Of a stretch of 64,000 nucleotides of DNA, positions 1-9,446 are shown piece after piece. The notes below the pieces were generated by a model. The model saw nothing but the letters and a program-made list of their open reading frames with translations. It did no database searches and was not told the origin of the DNA. This DNA is from Promethearchaeota archaeon Loki_b32. Lineage in GTDB: Archaea > Asgardarchaeota > Lokiarchaeia > Sigyniarchaeales > SOKP01. The position numbers and the translations under genes were made by a program. Each line of letters opens with the position of its first letter. The first letter of the stretch is position 1. The stretch spans positions 1-64,000 of the forward strand of contig NJBH01000016.1 in the NCBI GenBank assembly GCA_005223125.1. The letters are read 5' to 3'.

Positions 1-281
1 AAGAAGAGAGAGGAGGAGAGTGTAAGAGCGAAGGGAGGCTATGGAGAGGTGGAGAGGAGGGATGGCGGAATAGAGAGAGGGACAGAGAGAGCGAGAGTGA
101 GGGAGTGAGAGGAGGTATACATGTACACAAAGGGGGTTAGAGAGATAGAGTGAGTGTGGCAGCGAGACAGAGTTAGAGAGAGAGTGAATGTGGCAGAGAG
201 AGGGAATGTGGCAGAGCGACAGAGTGAGAGAGTGAAAAGGCGAGATAGAGGCAGGCAGAGGCAGGCAGACAGAGGCAGAGA
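1..281. repeat. GA-rich low-complexity / degenerate (GA)n microsatellite tract
   Basis: Nearly pure purine run (gagagagagg, gacagagagagcgagag, ggcagaggcagg repeats) unlike anything else in the window. Confidence 0.9.
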
Positions 282-1110
282 CTTTTTGGTAATTGGTTCG
301 GTAATATTAGAGTGAGGGAATTGGACACCATTTTAGCTGGGCCACATGAGACTTGCAGTACAATGAGAGGAAATTCGAGCTGTGAGGTTTTAGAATGTTG
401 TACAGAATACAGCATCCATCCGTGATTAGTGCTTAAATGAAGGAGCTTGTCCGCGCCATTTGATTAGTTACCCACTCCATCCACTTTTTACAAATATGGA
501 TGGGAAATAGAATTTGATAAGATCCCACTTTAAAAAAATGTGTATATATTGAATGTCCCAGACATAGGTTGATTGAAAGTCTCAGACGTGGTTGGACGCC
601 CATTCACACATGGAAACAGACTGGTAAGCGATAGTCCTCAGAGAACATATCAATAATTGCATTACTCCCACGGAAAACCCTTGGGCGATAGACGCACGGA
701 CAGACAGATTAAAGGAGGCACTGGTGGGACATCAGCAGGGAGTGGTGGGGAATAACACCCGGCTGTCATGGATGTATAGTGGAAAAATGGCGTTGATATT
801 CCCCGGAGATTTGGGAAGGTAAGAATGACGAAAGCAGAAGGGTTGTAGTGATGGTGGATGACCTCCACTGGGAGATGGCCGTGGTAGAAACCTTCAAGGC
901 ATTGATGGACTGACTGTCTGACTAGATGAGGAGACTCAAGGTGGAGGAGTTTTAGCGCTGGTGGTGTACCCTCATTAGAGTCTGTACCTCTTTACCTCAT
1001 CAGGGGCAGACCCTACAGTGCCTGGGTGCCAACAGAATGCCTCAATTCACCCAAGACTGCAGAGGCAAAACCTTCATGAAATATTTAAAGGGTGCAGAGT
1101 ACCTTCAAGG
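1..1110. other. Compositionally foreign segment (probable eukaryotic contaminant or chimeric join); right boundary approximate
   Basis: Visibly higher GC than the rest, microsatellite, no credible ORF; abrupt switch to very AT-rich sequence near 1110. Confidence 0.7.
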
Positions 1111-1401
1111 TAAATAATATGTATGTTCAATGAAAATTTATTGAAAAATAATATTGAAATAGCTTATTTAAAGTCCGAAAGTTTGCGAGATTAGAAATTT
1201 TTAAATAAAGCAATTAGGATTAGCACATCTATGGCTTCACATTAAAGCGGAAAAGGACAATTTATTTAAATTTAATAGAATCATTATTTAAGGGTTATTG
1301 TAATATTTGTAAATAACTTTTAAGAGTTGTTTATGTCCTTTATATTGATTGAAATGTTTATAATAATATGAGTTATCAAATTCGTTCGAAGATGGTAAGT
1401 A

Positions 1402-1890
1402 ATGAGTAAAATAAAGTTTGGAGTAACTATAAATGCAGCACACGAAATGCAATACCAATCCAATTATGATTCAATTAAAAAAATAGCACAGGAGTGTGAA
1501 AGATTAGGTTATAACTCTCTTTGGGCCATGGATCACCTTATGTGGGGAATAAATAATGAAGGAAGCGTTTTCGAAGCATGGACGCTGCTTTCTGCATTAG
1601 CTGAAGAAACCAAATCTATCAAGCTTGGACCTTTGGTTGCTTGCAATTCATTTAGAAATCCTACTCTGACAGCTAAAATCGGATCCACTTTTGATGTTAT
1701 CTCCAAGGGAAGATTGATATTTGGCTATGGTGCCGGTTGGAAGGAGGAAGAATACGAAGCTTATGGATTTCCATTCAGGGATCCAGTTACAAGAGTGAAT
1801 CGAATGGGAGAAGGGATACCTCTAATAAAGAAACTCTGGACTGAAGATATAACGAGTTTCCAAGGAGATTTTTATGAGTGGCTTATATAA
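1402..1890 (+). pseudogene. LLM-class (luciferase-like, probably F420-dependent) oxidoreductase, C-terminally truncated
   Basis: Typical N-half motifs (GYNSLWAMDHL, EAWTLLSALA, FRNPTLTAK, SKGRLIFGYGAGW, EYEAYG) but stops at 162 aa just after FQGDFY; family members are roughly twice as long. Confidence 0.8.
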
Positions 1891-1892
1891 TT

Positions 1893-2117
1893 TTATAAAC
1901 CATTTTTTATATCACCTATTGAGCTTTTTTTCTTTTGTCCTTCTATTTTGCTAAAACCTATACCAGCAATTCCCAGCAATAAGAAGATTAGACCTGCTTT
2001 TGTTGTGGTATCATAGATATGACCAATTGGAGATCTATTAAGATCAATATCCATGACAAAGGGATTAGCAAATAAGATGACCATTAAAAATAAAGAAATT
2101 CCACCAATCACACTCAT
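1893..2117 (-). CDS. Small two-TM membrane protein (possibly a fragment)
   Basis: 74 aa, two hydrophobic segments and a basic tail. Confidence 0.45.
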   Translation of the reverse strand: MSVIGGISLFLMVILFANPFVMDIDLNRSPIGHIYDTTTKAGLIFLLLGIAGIGFSKIEGQKKKSSIGDIKNGL

Positions 2118-2153
2118 GATTATAAATAATTTCCTATAACTTGTGATTGGTTC

Positions 2154-2390
2154 TTACCTATCTTCTACAAACAATTTTATCCATAAGCTAAGAAGAAATA
2201 AACTCATTACTATTAATACCATTAAATCGATAAATAGATTTGTAAGGCTAAATTACCCCTCCTCTGTAATTAATATCCCTTCTCCTCTCTGAATTATATT
2301 TAATAACTGAAATAATCCTAATATTGTATCAAAAATTAAAAAATAAAAACTAACGCAGAAAATAAGTAAAAAGTAATATTTTTTTTGCAT
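2154..2390 (-). pseudogene. Possible decayed small membrane-protein gene
   Basis: Manual translation gives hydrophobic segments (MQKKYYFLLIFCVSFYFLIF...; ...LFIDLMVLIVMSLFLLSLWIKLF) in two frames with an internal stop. Confidence 0.3.
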
Positions 2391-2424
2391 TCTCATCACA
2401 TTTTGTATATTTTGTTATTTTTAC

Positions 2425-2907
2425 TTAATCACTTTTTTTATCATTTGTCTGCTTACTTTCATCAGGAAAAAAGAAAATACCAAATATTGTAATAAATAAA
2501 CCCATCCATAAGCCTACGTAAAAAAATAAAAAATGAATATCTACTTGAATAGCTTCCTCACCTACTAACACCAGTATATAGAACATTGATAATGCTGAAC
2601 CACATTCAAAAGAAATAGCAATTATTACTATAATAATTATAAAAATTTTAAGCTTCCGCCAGGGTTTCTTTTTCTTATTAACATCTTCTTCAGGTTGTCT
2701 AGGGGTAATCATTTTTAATATTAAATATTCAATCCCAATTAGACTTATTAAAACTAGAAGAGTTGTCATCATATTGAACGCCCAAAATCTTTTCTCAAAA
2801 GTTCCTACTTCATAAATTATCGTTTGAACCATACTATAAAATAAAAAAATAGACAGAATTATAGCTATGACAGTTAAAATCCAATCCAATTTATACTCTC
2901 GTTCCAT
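2425..2907 (-). CDS. Hypothetical four-TM membrane protein
   Basis: 160 aa ORF with four hydrophobic helices. Confidence 0.7.
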   Translation of the reverse strand: MEREYKLDWILTVIAIILSIFLFYSMVQTIIYEVGTFEKRFWAFNMMTTLLVLISLIGIEYLILKMITPRQPEEDVNKKKKPWRKLKIFIIIIVIIAISFECGSALSMFYILVLVGEEAIQVDIHFLFFYVGLWMGLFITIFGIFFFPDESKQTNDKKSD

Positions 2908-2944
2908 TGTTTATCGTTTTGTCCTTTAATTATTCTCAATTAAT

Positions 2945-3658
2945 TTAAAGATCTGATTTTGAACGAAATTCTTTTCTTTCTCTCCAACTTATATATTTAA
3001 GAAAAATCATTAAAAAAATTAATCCCCCCAGCAGTAGGATAGGATAAATCACCCCTTTTGTGCCCATAGGTAAGGAGTAAAAAAATATAAGGAAGAAAAT
3101 TAAAATACCAGTTGTCACAGAAATAACTGTAACAAATGCTAATTTATAATCTGAAAATATATACTTTATCGATTTATATGTATAAAGCTTTAAAATTTTA
3201 GTATTTTCAAAATTAATTCCTCTTGTATGACTTTTTCTAATCCGATTAATAGTACAATTTAAAAAAGAAATATGGAGTGTTGAATTTTGTATTTTAACTC
3301 TTTTGAAAACACTATCTTTAACATCTGTATATGAGCAATATGAAATCTTTAAATAATCTGCAGAGATTTTTCTAATATTTGTATGTGGACTATGATTCAA
3401 AATACAACTTTTTAATATACAATCTTCAACGTTCACATTCTTACAAGAATTTATACTTATTCTATTTTTATTCGAATTAAAATTTTTAATGAGGATATGG
3501 ATGTTGGAACCCTTGAGAAAAAAGATTTGGGGTATTTTAACTGAAGGTTCTATTATTATTGGATTTTCTTCAGTTCCTATTCCTCTACATTCTAATTCAA
3601 TAGCCTCAATTTGAGGTGTTTTCACCGGAGTGTACCATCTGTAAATAGTATACTTCAT
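2945..3658 (-). CDS. Membrane-anchored protein with right-handed beta-helix (NosD/pectin-lyase-like) repeats
   Basis: GIGTEENPIII cap motif, I-x-N-S/C-x-N-x-x-I type repeats, two C-terminal TM helices. Confidence 0.65.
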   Translation of the reverse strand: MKYTIYRWYTPVKTPQIEAIELECRGIGTEENPIIIEPSVKIPQIFFLKGSNIHILIKNFNSNKNRISINSCKNVNVEDCILKSCILNHSPHTNIRKISADYLKISYCSYTDVKDSVFKRVKIQNSTLHISFLNCTINRIRKSHTRGINFENTKILKLYTYKSIKYIFSDYKLAFVTVISVTTGILIFFLIFFYSLPMGTKGVIYPILLLGGLIFLMIFLKYISWRERKEFRSKSDL

Positions 3659-3851
3659 AATGATTAATTTTGACCCTTCAAATTTTTGGTAGAAAAAAAT
3701 TTCTAATATGTTATAAATTTAAGTGTAATTACATAATTTGACATAGCGGTACTAAGATGAAAATGATATCAAAAAACTATGATAGATATATAAGAATTTT
3801 ATGTTATATTGGTTTTATACCTCTTGGGCTTAGTAAAAAAGTTGGCATCAC

Positions 3852-4526
3852 CTAAATTATTTTTTCTTTCCATTCGCCATTGTGATAATAAAGGGATTTT
3901 CCTAAGAATTCGGATATTATTATCCCTAGAGTCTTACATTCTTCTATAAGTCCATAATAAATGATTGATTCTTTCAATTTTCCTGTTTAAAAAGATAAAG
4001 AATATATGTCTGGTGATAAAGCTGGATCAGCCCATTTGTAATGATGATATATTAAATATTCAATTTCAGAAAAATTTACTTCTTTAAGGAGTTTATAACG
4101 AGGATTTATCTTGATATAAAAAGCTTTTAGAGATTCTTTATTCAAATCCCATTTTACTTTCCGAATTTTATAGAAAAAGTATAAAATAAGGAGTGGAATT
4201 ATAAAAATAAAAGTAAATATAAGATAAAGTAGTCCAGTAATAATATCAATTAGTAGCGATAGTGAAAATATTACTGGTGATGGTATTATGAAAATAAGTA
4301 TTAGAAATCTATATGTTTTTGAAGAACGTATGTAAGCTCTATTAACTATCAGTTTGTTATTTAATTCTACTATCGAACATTCATTATTGATAATTAATTT
4401 TTCTTGTTTCCTTATTTTATTTCCAAGAATATTTTCCTACCCTTCATCTTTAATTTTAATTTTCGATTAATATCGGATATTCTCTATAAATCGTATTCAA
4501 TTTTCTTCCTGATTTGGGTTTTCCAT
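3852..4526 (-). pseudogene. Decayed tandem paralog of the 4648-5190 membrane protein
   Basis: Manual translation ...NFSEIEYLIY...YSLSF*TGKLK...EECKTLGIIISEFLGKSLY aligns with ...SFSDVEWLIY...YKLEF...EECKQLGIIISDFIDKKLY; in-frame TAA at 3987-3989 and further stops near the 5' end. Confidence 0.8.
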
Positions 4527-4647
4527 TTCCCTTTTGTGATATATAAACAATTAAGACTTAATAAATGAAATTATAAATATGACATTCGAATTTTTATAAG
4601 TAGCGACGGTTCTGAACCGAGCGAAATTCGCGAGATCTAGTAAATTT

Positions 4648-5190
4648 CTAAAAAAAATCCCGAGTTAAGGGTCCATATAATTTTTTATCTATGAAGTCTG
4701 AAATTATAATTCCAAGTTGTTTGCATTCCTCTTTAAATCCTTTAAAAATTGTAAGATCTTTGGTATTTTTTAATACAAATTCCAATTTGTACATTTCCCC
4801 ATACTCCATTTGATCACGTCGATAAATAAGCCATTCTACATCGGAAAAGGAAAAAGTTCTAATTTGTTTCAAATAAGTAAAGACTTTATGGGACGTAATT
4901 ATCTGCGATGATTTATCAATAGTCAACGTGTGTTTCTGAAATATAAAATATAAAAATAAACAAGGGAAAAATGAGAAAACTAAAAATGACACCCCTACAA
5001 TAATATTATCAATTGTTAATAAAATAAAAAGAAAAACTACTGCGAATAAGATAATTAAGACTATTAAAAATTGATAAAATAAAGATATTTTGGATTCATT
5101 CATTAATATAGTTAGTCGATTATCAGATTTTTTGACTGAGCAATGTTTATCAATAAAGATTTCTGGTTCTGAATTTTGCATTTCATTCAT
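4648..5190 (-). CDS. Hypothetical two-TM protein with C-terminal PH-like beta domain
   Basis: 180 aa; TM hairpin followed by a beta-rich domain (LTIDK...RTFSFSDVEWL); a paralog lies next to it. Confidence 0.75.
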   Translation of the reverse strand: MNEMQNSEPEIFIDKHCSVKKSDNRLTILMNESKISLFYQFLIVLIILFAVVFLFILLTIDNIIVGVSFLVFSFFPCLFLYFIFQKHTLTIDKSSQIITSHKVFTYLKQIRTFSFSDVEWLIYRRDQMEYGEMYKLEFVLKNTKDLTIFKGFKEECKQLGIIISDFIDKKLYGPLTRDFF

Positions 5191-5312
5191 TCTTTTACAT
5201 TCATTTTAATTTAATTTTTCCATCTAATTTCTTATACGATACACATAAGAAGCGTTCACAGTTATACGATTTTTTTTTATTTTATTTACTTCCTTTTCAA
5301 AAAGAAAAGAAT

Positions 5313-5981
5313 TTAGAATGGGGCAACTGCCGCAGTTGATCTTGATATTATTATATCCTCTATTGCTTTAATAACGCTTAAGATCATTTCTCGTGTTTCA
5401 GGTGCGTAATATGAGGAATGAAGTAGTTCCTTAATTCTTCTCTTAACATATTTTCTATATTTTCTTATAAAATATACTTTGATTAGTCTGCATGCTTTCA
5501 TTAAACTCAATAAACTTAGTAATTCAATGCCAGGATTCATATCATATATTAAAACATTTTTTATTTGTTCTAACAATGATTGCTTAACTTCTGGTTTTGC
5601 TAAATAAAACCTCTGAGCTTTAAAGATTCTTAGTATGGTCTTAATTTCACTAATTAAAAAACCATTATTTTCCAAACGTCGAAAAAAAGACGTGTAATAT
5701 TGTTTGAAAAATCTTGAAAGTTTTTCTACCCACCTTTTTAATTTTTGTGGCTTTTTTGAGCTATTTAAGAATACTAATATCATATCTAAATAAGGATCTC
5801 CACAAGTATTATAGTCTAAAATCCTTAATCTTTTCCTGTAAATAGCAAGCTTACCTTTAAAATATAAGTCCAATATCATAGCTCCTGCTAATCCTAGATC
5901 CTTAGTAGCCTGAACTGCTGAATATCTTTTACCTTTATACTCATCAAGAAGCATTAATAAAAATTTTTCTGACAGAAGCAT
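5313..5981 (-). CDS. GPP34 / GOLPH3 (Vps74) family protein
   Basis: MLLSEKFLLMLLD...G, LGLAGAMILDL...GKL, GDPYLD, W, LENNGFL and R-F-Y pattern match the GPP34 family. Confidence 0.8.
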   Translation of the reverse strand: MLLSEKFLLMLLDEYKGKRYSAVQATKDLGLAGAMILDLYFKGKLAIYRKRLRILDYNTCGDPYLDMILVFLNSSKKPQKLKRWVEKLSRFFKQYYTSFFRRLENNGFLISEIKTILRIFKAQRFYLAKPEVKQSLLEQIKNVLIYDMNPGIELLSLLSLMKACRLIKVYFIRKYRKYVKRRIKELLHSSYYAPETREMILSVIKAIEDIIISRSTAAVAPF

Positions 5982-6274
5982 AATAAATTAACCTCTTTTT
6001 TTCCTTCTTTCATTGTTTTTCTAATTTTGTTGTATCTTTTCCACTCTAAATCCACGAGCATAGATCTTCCCATTTTTCGAGATTTATGTTCTAAAATTTT
6101 TTTGAATCATTTATTGTCATATATATAATATAATGGTCACATATTTAAATATTATGTTCATTAATATAAATTAGAATGGACAGAAAAATAAATTCTATGG
6201 TATATTATATCTAAAAATAATAAGATAAAAGTGAAAATTTATGAACATAGATTTGTATATATTAAGTAATAACT

Positions 6275-6907
6275 ATGCTCAAAAAGGAGAAAAAAGATTT
6301 GAACGATAGTAAAAACATAAAAGAGAAAAGATTAACCATTCATACTACTATTACTGAAAAAGCAAATGGATTATTAGAAAAATACGCTGATTTAAAAGAT
6401 GACAACGGTAATAAGATTTTTGGACATAAATCTAAGGTAATTGAGAGGGCATTAGAATTGCTTGATCAACATTATTATCCTGATAAAGAAGATCAACACA
6501 CTATTTGGAATAGAGCGAGGGAAGAACTTAATATGGTATTAGTTGGAAAAACGACATTTCTTTCTTATATTTCTGGAGATTACAAGAAAGCTTTTAGAGA
6601 AAACATTGCGATTGATATTTTAGAGTGGTATAAAAATAAAAATATCGTCGAAATGTCCTTAATTGAGCTTTTAGATTCAATTAAAGATGTTTGGTTAAGC
6701 GCAAATTACTTTTATAAAATAGATAGTGAAGTTGGGAGTAAGGGTAGTTATCAAATGTCGTTTTACCATGATTTACATAGTAAAAGATATAGTGATTTTT
6801 GGGGAAATTATTTTAGTGAGTTATTGTCCCATCAAAAGCAATGTGATGTTGAGATTTTTGCTAGACATGAATCTTTGATTTTAAGGATTTCTTCATCAAA
6901 AAAATGA
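6275..6907 (+). CDS. Hypothetical regulator: N-terminal ribbon-helix-helix-like segment plus V4R/HNOB-like C-terminal domain
   Basis: TIHTTIT beta strand, helix and SKVIERALELL helix; C-terminal alpha/beta region with FYHD...YSDFW; fold call is by pattern only. Confidence 0.55.
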   Translation: MLKKEKKDLNDSKNIKEKRLTIHTTITEKANGLLEKYADLKDDNGNKIFGHKSKVIERALELLDQHYYPDKEDQHTIWNRAREELNMVLVGKTTFLSYISGDYKKAFRENIAIDILEWYKNKNIVEMSLIELLDSIKDVWLSANYFYKIDSEVGSKGSYQMSFYHDLHSKRYSDFWGNYFSELLSHQKQCDVEIFARHESLILRISSSKK

Positions 6908-6932
6908 GTTTAAGTTTTAGTCTGGATCGATG

Positions 6933-6980
6933 GTTTGAGATGAGACGAGAAGGAGTATGTTCATGAGTAGCAATTTTAAT
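6933..6980 (+). repeat. Inter-gene repeat family L, copy 1
   Basis: gtttgagatgagacgagaaggagtatgttcatgag; 26 nt identical to copy 2 and 23 nt identical to copy 3. Confidence 0.9.
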
Positions 6981-7550
6981 TTTTCTTTTTTATTATATGA
7001 TTTATTTATGAGGATTTTTTATAGATATATAGTGGAGCCAACATATTTATTCAAACTTTTAATTATTGGTGATAGAGAGGTTGGGAGACGTACCTTTCTT
7101 AGAGAGTCAATAGATGATAATTTTTTTGTTGAAGATTATATAGAAACCGTGGGAGTAGATATTTATAGAAAGGAGCTAATTGTTGAAGAAGGTGTAATTG
7201 ATTTAATGATTTGGAATGTTTCTACCAAAGAAACCTTTGGAACTCTTTTAACATCATACATAAATACATCAGATGGAGTACTCCTAATGTTTGATATAAC
7301 AAATTTAAGTACGCTATATTTTCTATCCAAGTATCCACAATTGATTAGAGAAAAAGCTGGAGAGATACCTATTTTATTAGTTGGCAATAAACTTGATTTA
7401 AAATGGAAGCGTGAAGTATATGTAGAAGAAGGGGCTGCATTCGCAAGAGGTAATGATTTATTGGATTATATCGAGGTTTCTGCTAAGACAGGGAAAGATT
7501 GTGAAAAAATACTTGAAGTTTTAGTGGAAAATATATTAGTTCAATTTTAA
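6957..7550 (+). CDS. Rab/Ras-like small GTPase with degenerate G1 and G3 (true start probably ATG 7008 or GTG 7032)
   Basis: FKLLIIGDREVGRRT, YIETVGVD, LMIWNVST, LMFDIT, LVGNKLD, IEVSAKTG. Confidence 0.85.
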   Translation: MFMSSNFNFSFLLYDLFMRIFYRYIVEPTYLFKLLIIGDREVGRRTFLRESIDDNFFVEDYIETVGVDIYRKELIVEEGVIDLMIWNVSTKETFGTLLTSYINTSDGVLLMFDITNLSTLYFLSKYPQLIREKAGEIPILLVGNKLDLKWKREVYVEEGAAFARGNDLLDYIEVSAKTGKDCEKILEVLVENILVQF

Positions 7551-7589
7551 ATTCAAGATTAATTATTTATTAACTTGGAGAAGTAAGGA

Positions 7590-7635
7590 TTTAGAACGAG
7601 ACGAGAAGGAGTATGTTCATGAGCAAGGTTTTAAT
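7590..7635 (+). repeat. Inter-gene repeat family L, copy 2
   Basis: gagacgagaaggagtatgttcatgag at 7598-7623 identical to 6942-6967. Confidence 0.9.
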
Positions 7636-7680
7636 ATTTAATCTGTAAATATATTTAAAAGATTCTAAATTATAAGGGTT

Positions 7681-8232
7681 ATGCTCACCAATTTAAAACC
7701 TTCAATAAAGGAACCGCTTATTGTCTATGGTACTGGGCTTATAATAACTGTTCTTTCAGGGATTTTTTTTTCTATTAGAGGTTATCCTTTAGTTACAACT
7801 GCTACTGAAACATTAAATATTATTAGCCCTCCCTCATACATGATTTCAATTTTTCTTCCTTATGGGATTTTAATAGGTGAGGTAATTTGGCTCTGGAATG
7901 AAAAAAAAGAACGCAATTTTTACATTTTATTATTAATTGAATGTATCATCGTTGCCATATTCTCTTTTACTCGATATATTATAAGTATTCCATTTAGCGG
8001 TCACACAATTATATTATTTTTTTATTTGTCTCATCAAGCGATAAGTAATAGATTTCACCTTCCATTAAGATTTCTAATTGGAATAATAGTCCTTATTATA
8101 ACCATGATTTACAAAATTATTCTGTGGAACGATCCAATTACTTTTTTACTAGGGGCTCTATTAGGAATTGTTTTATGGCTTCCAGAATTTTTATATCAAC
8201 GAAAAAAAGTTTTAGTGAGCGGTGAAACATAA
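7681..8232 (+). CDS. Multi-pass membrane protein, possibly PAP2-like
   Basis: Six hydrophobic segments; PFSGH resembles the PSGH motif but other PAP2 motifs are unclear. Confidence 0.65.
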   Translation: MLTNLKPSIKEPLIVYGTGLIITVLSGIFFSIRGYPLVTTATETLNIISPPSYMISIFLPYGILIGEVIWLWNEKKERNFYILLLIECIIVAIFSFTRYIISIPFSGHTIILFFYLSHQAISNRFHLPLRFLIGIIVLIITMIYKIILWNDPITFLLGALLGIVLWLPEFLYQRKKVLVSGET

Positions 8233-8274
8233 GCTGGAAGTAAAAAGGGTTATGGAGTGGACCAGTAAGTATAT

Positions 8275-8322
8275 GTTTGAGATGAGACGAGAAGGAGAAT
8301 GTTCTAGAGCAGCGAATTTGAT
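8275..8322 (+). repeat. Inter-gene repeat family L, copy 3
   Basis: gtttgagatgagacgagaaggag at 8275-8297 identical to 6933-6955, continuing aatgttctagagcagc. Confidence 0.9.
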
Positions 8323-8562
8323 AATTCTATTTGTTTCAATTATTTTAAATATGTTCTTTATTATATAATCAAATGAGAATAGCAAGTATATTCAAATAAT
8401 TAAAATATTCAATCCTATGTCAAGAGCTATTGACATCTTCAATGCTTCGCTTTATCTACTATCTGGTTTGTTATGCTATAATAACTACCATTTTATGATA
8501 ACTGGGTGAGAAAAACATTTTAACTTAAAGTAAACAAGTAATTAAAATACAAATTCTTTATC

Positions 8563-9027
8563 ATGAACAATAAAAAAGATAAGATTGAAATTGAAGTTAA
8601 ACAAAGAGGATTCTTAATTGGACAATTAGTTTTAACAACTTTATTTTGGGGTTCTATTAATTATTTTCTTATTGCTGTAGGAATTTTCTTTTTGAAATCT
8701 CAAATAATATCTTTTTTAATAATAATGATGATACTAGTTATATTTAATATTTCTTATAGAAGGGCGTTCAAAAGAGTAATTAAGACCGAAACTCCTATTC
8801 ATAAAGTTCGGTTTTCTGTGTCCGATAAAAAAATCGATATTTACCTTCAAAATAGGTTATATAAGCAGTATTATTGGAAAGATCTTGATAAAATAGAGTT
8901 AGTTAAGGAAAAATATAGTGGAAAGAGAATTCTAACTTTTAGAAAGAAAAATAATATTATATTTCACGGACCCCATTTATCTGATTCAGTACGGTTGTTT
9001 AATTTAGTGCTGTTCAATAAAAATTAA
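8563..9027 (+). CDS. Hypothetical two-TM protein with PH-like domain, possibly C-terminally truncated
   Basis: TM hairpin then FSVSDKKIDI...YYWKDLDKIEL pattern. Confidence 0.6.
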   Translation: MNNKKDKIEIEVKQRGFLIGQLVLTTLFWGSINYFLIAVGIFFLKSQIISFLIIMMILVIFNISYRRAFKRVIKTETPIHKVRFSVSDKKIDIYLQNRLYKQYYWKDLDKIELVKEKYSGKRILTFRKKNNIIFHGPHLSDSVRLFNLVLFNKN

Positions 9028-9446
9028 AGAGAAACCAATTCCAAACCTTATCTCTTCAATTTTGTCATCCCATAATTCTATTAAATATTCTTTAGGCGAT
9101 TTTTTTTCTTGTTGTATTTTTAAATACGATTTGATTTCATTCTGATTTCATTAAAATTTGATCTAGTATAATGTAAAATAATCAGATTGATTAGCATTTA
9201 AATATTTATGATTTTTGCTTTTTATTTGGAGACCAACAGTTGTCCTCAAAATTAAAGTAAAAAACATACGAAATAATATTCTTTTTGAAGACACTTTTAC
9301 TTGTATAATTTGACACCCTTTTTATCTAAGAGTCTAGAGCTTTATCTGAATCTGCGATAAGACGGCTAACATATAAATAAATTTTAATTTCTCAAAAGCC
9401 AAAATTTAAAGATCAAAAAATAAACTAAAAATAAAATATAATAAAA

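Noticed and set aside
173-868. ORFs 173-415 and 662-868
   Set aside because: Lie in the low-complexity or foreign segment; translations reflect the repeat (SLSHSLSL) and show no protein motifs
6933-8322. Family L repeats as a CRISPR array, integron attC sites or 5S rRNA fragments
   Set aside because: Spacers are ~650 nt whole genes, no cas genes, no dyad symmetry or RYYYAAC/GTTRRRY ends; resemblance to 5S rRNA is only a few bases
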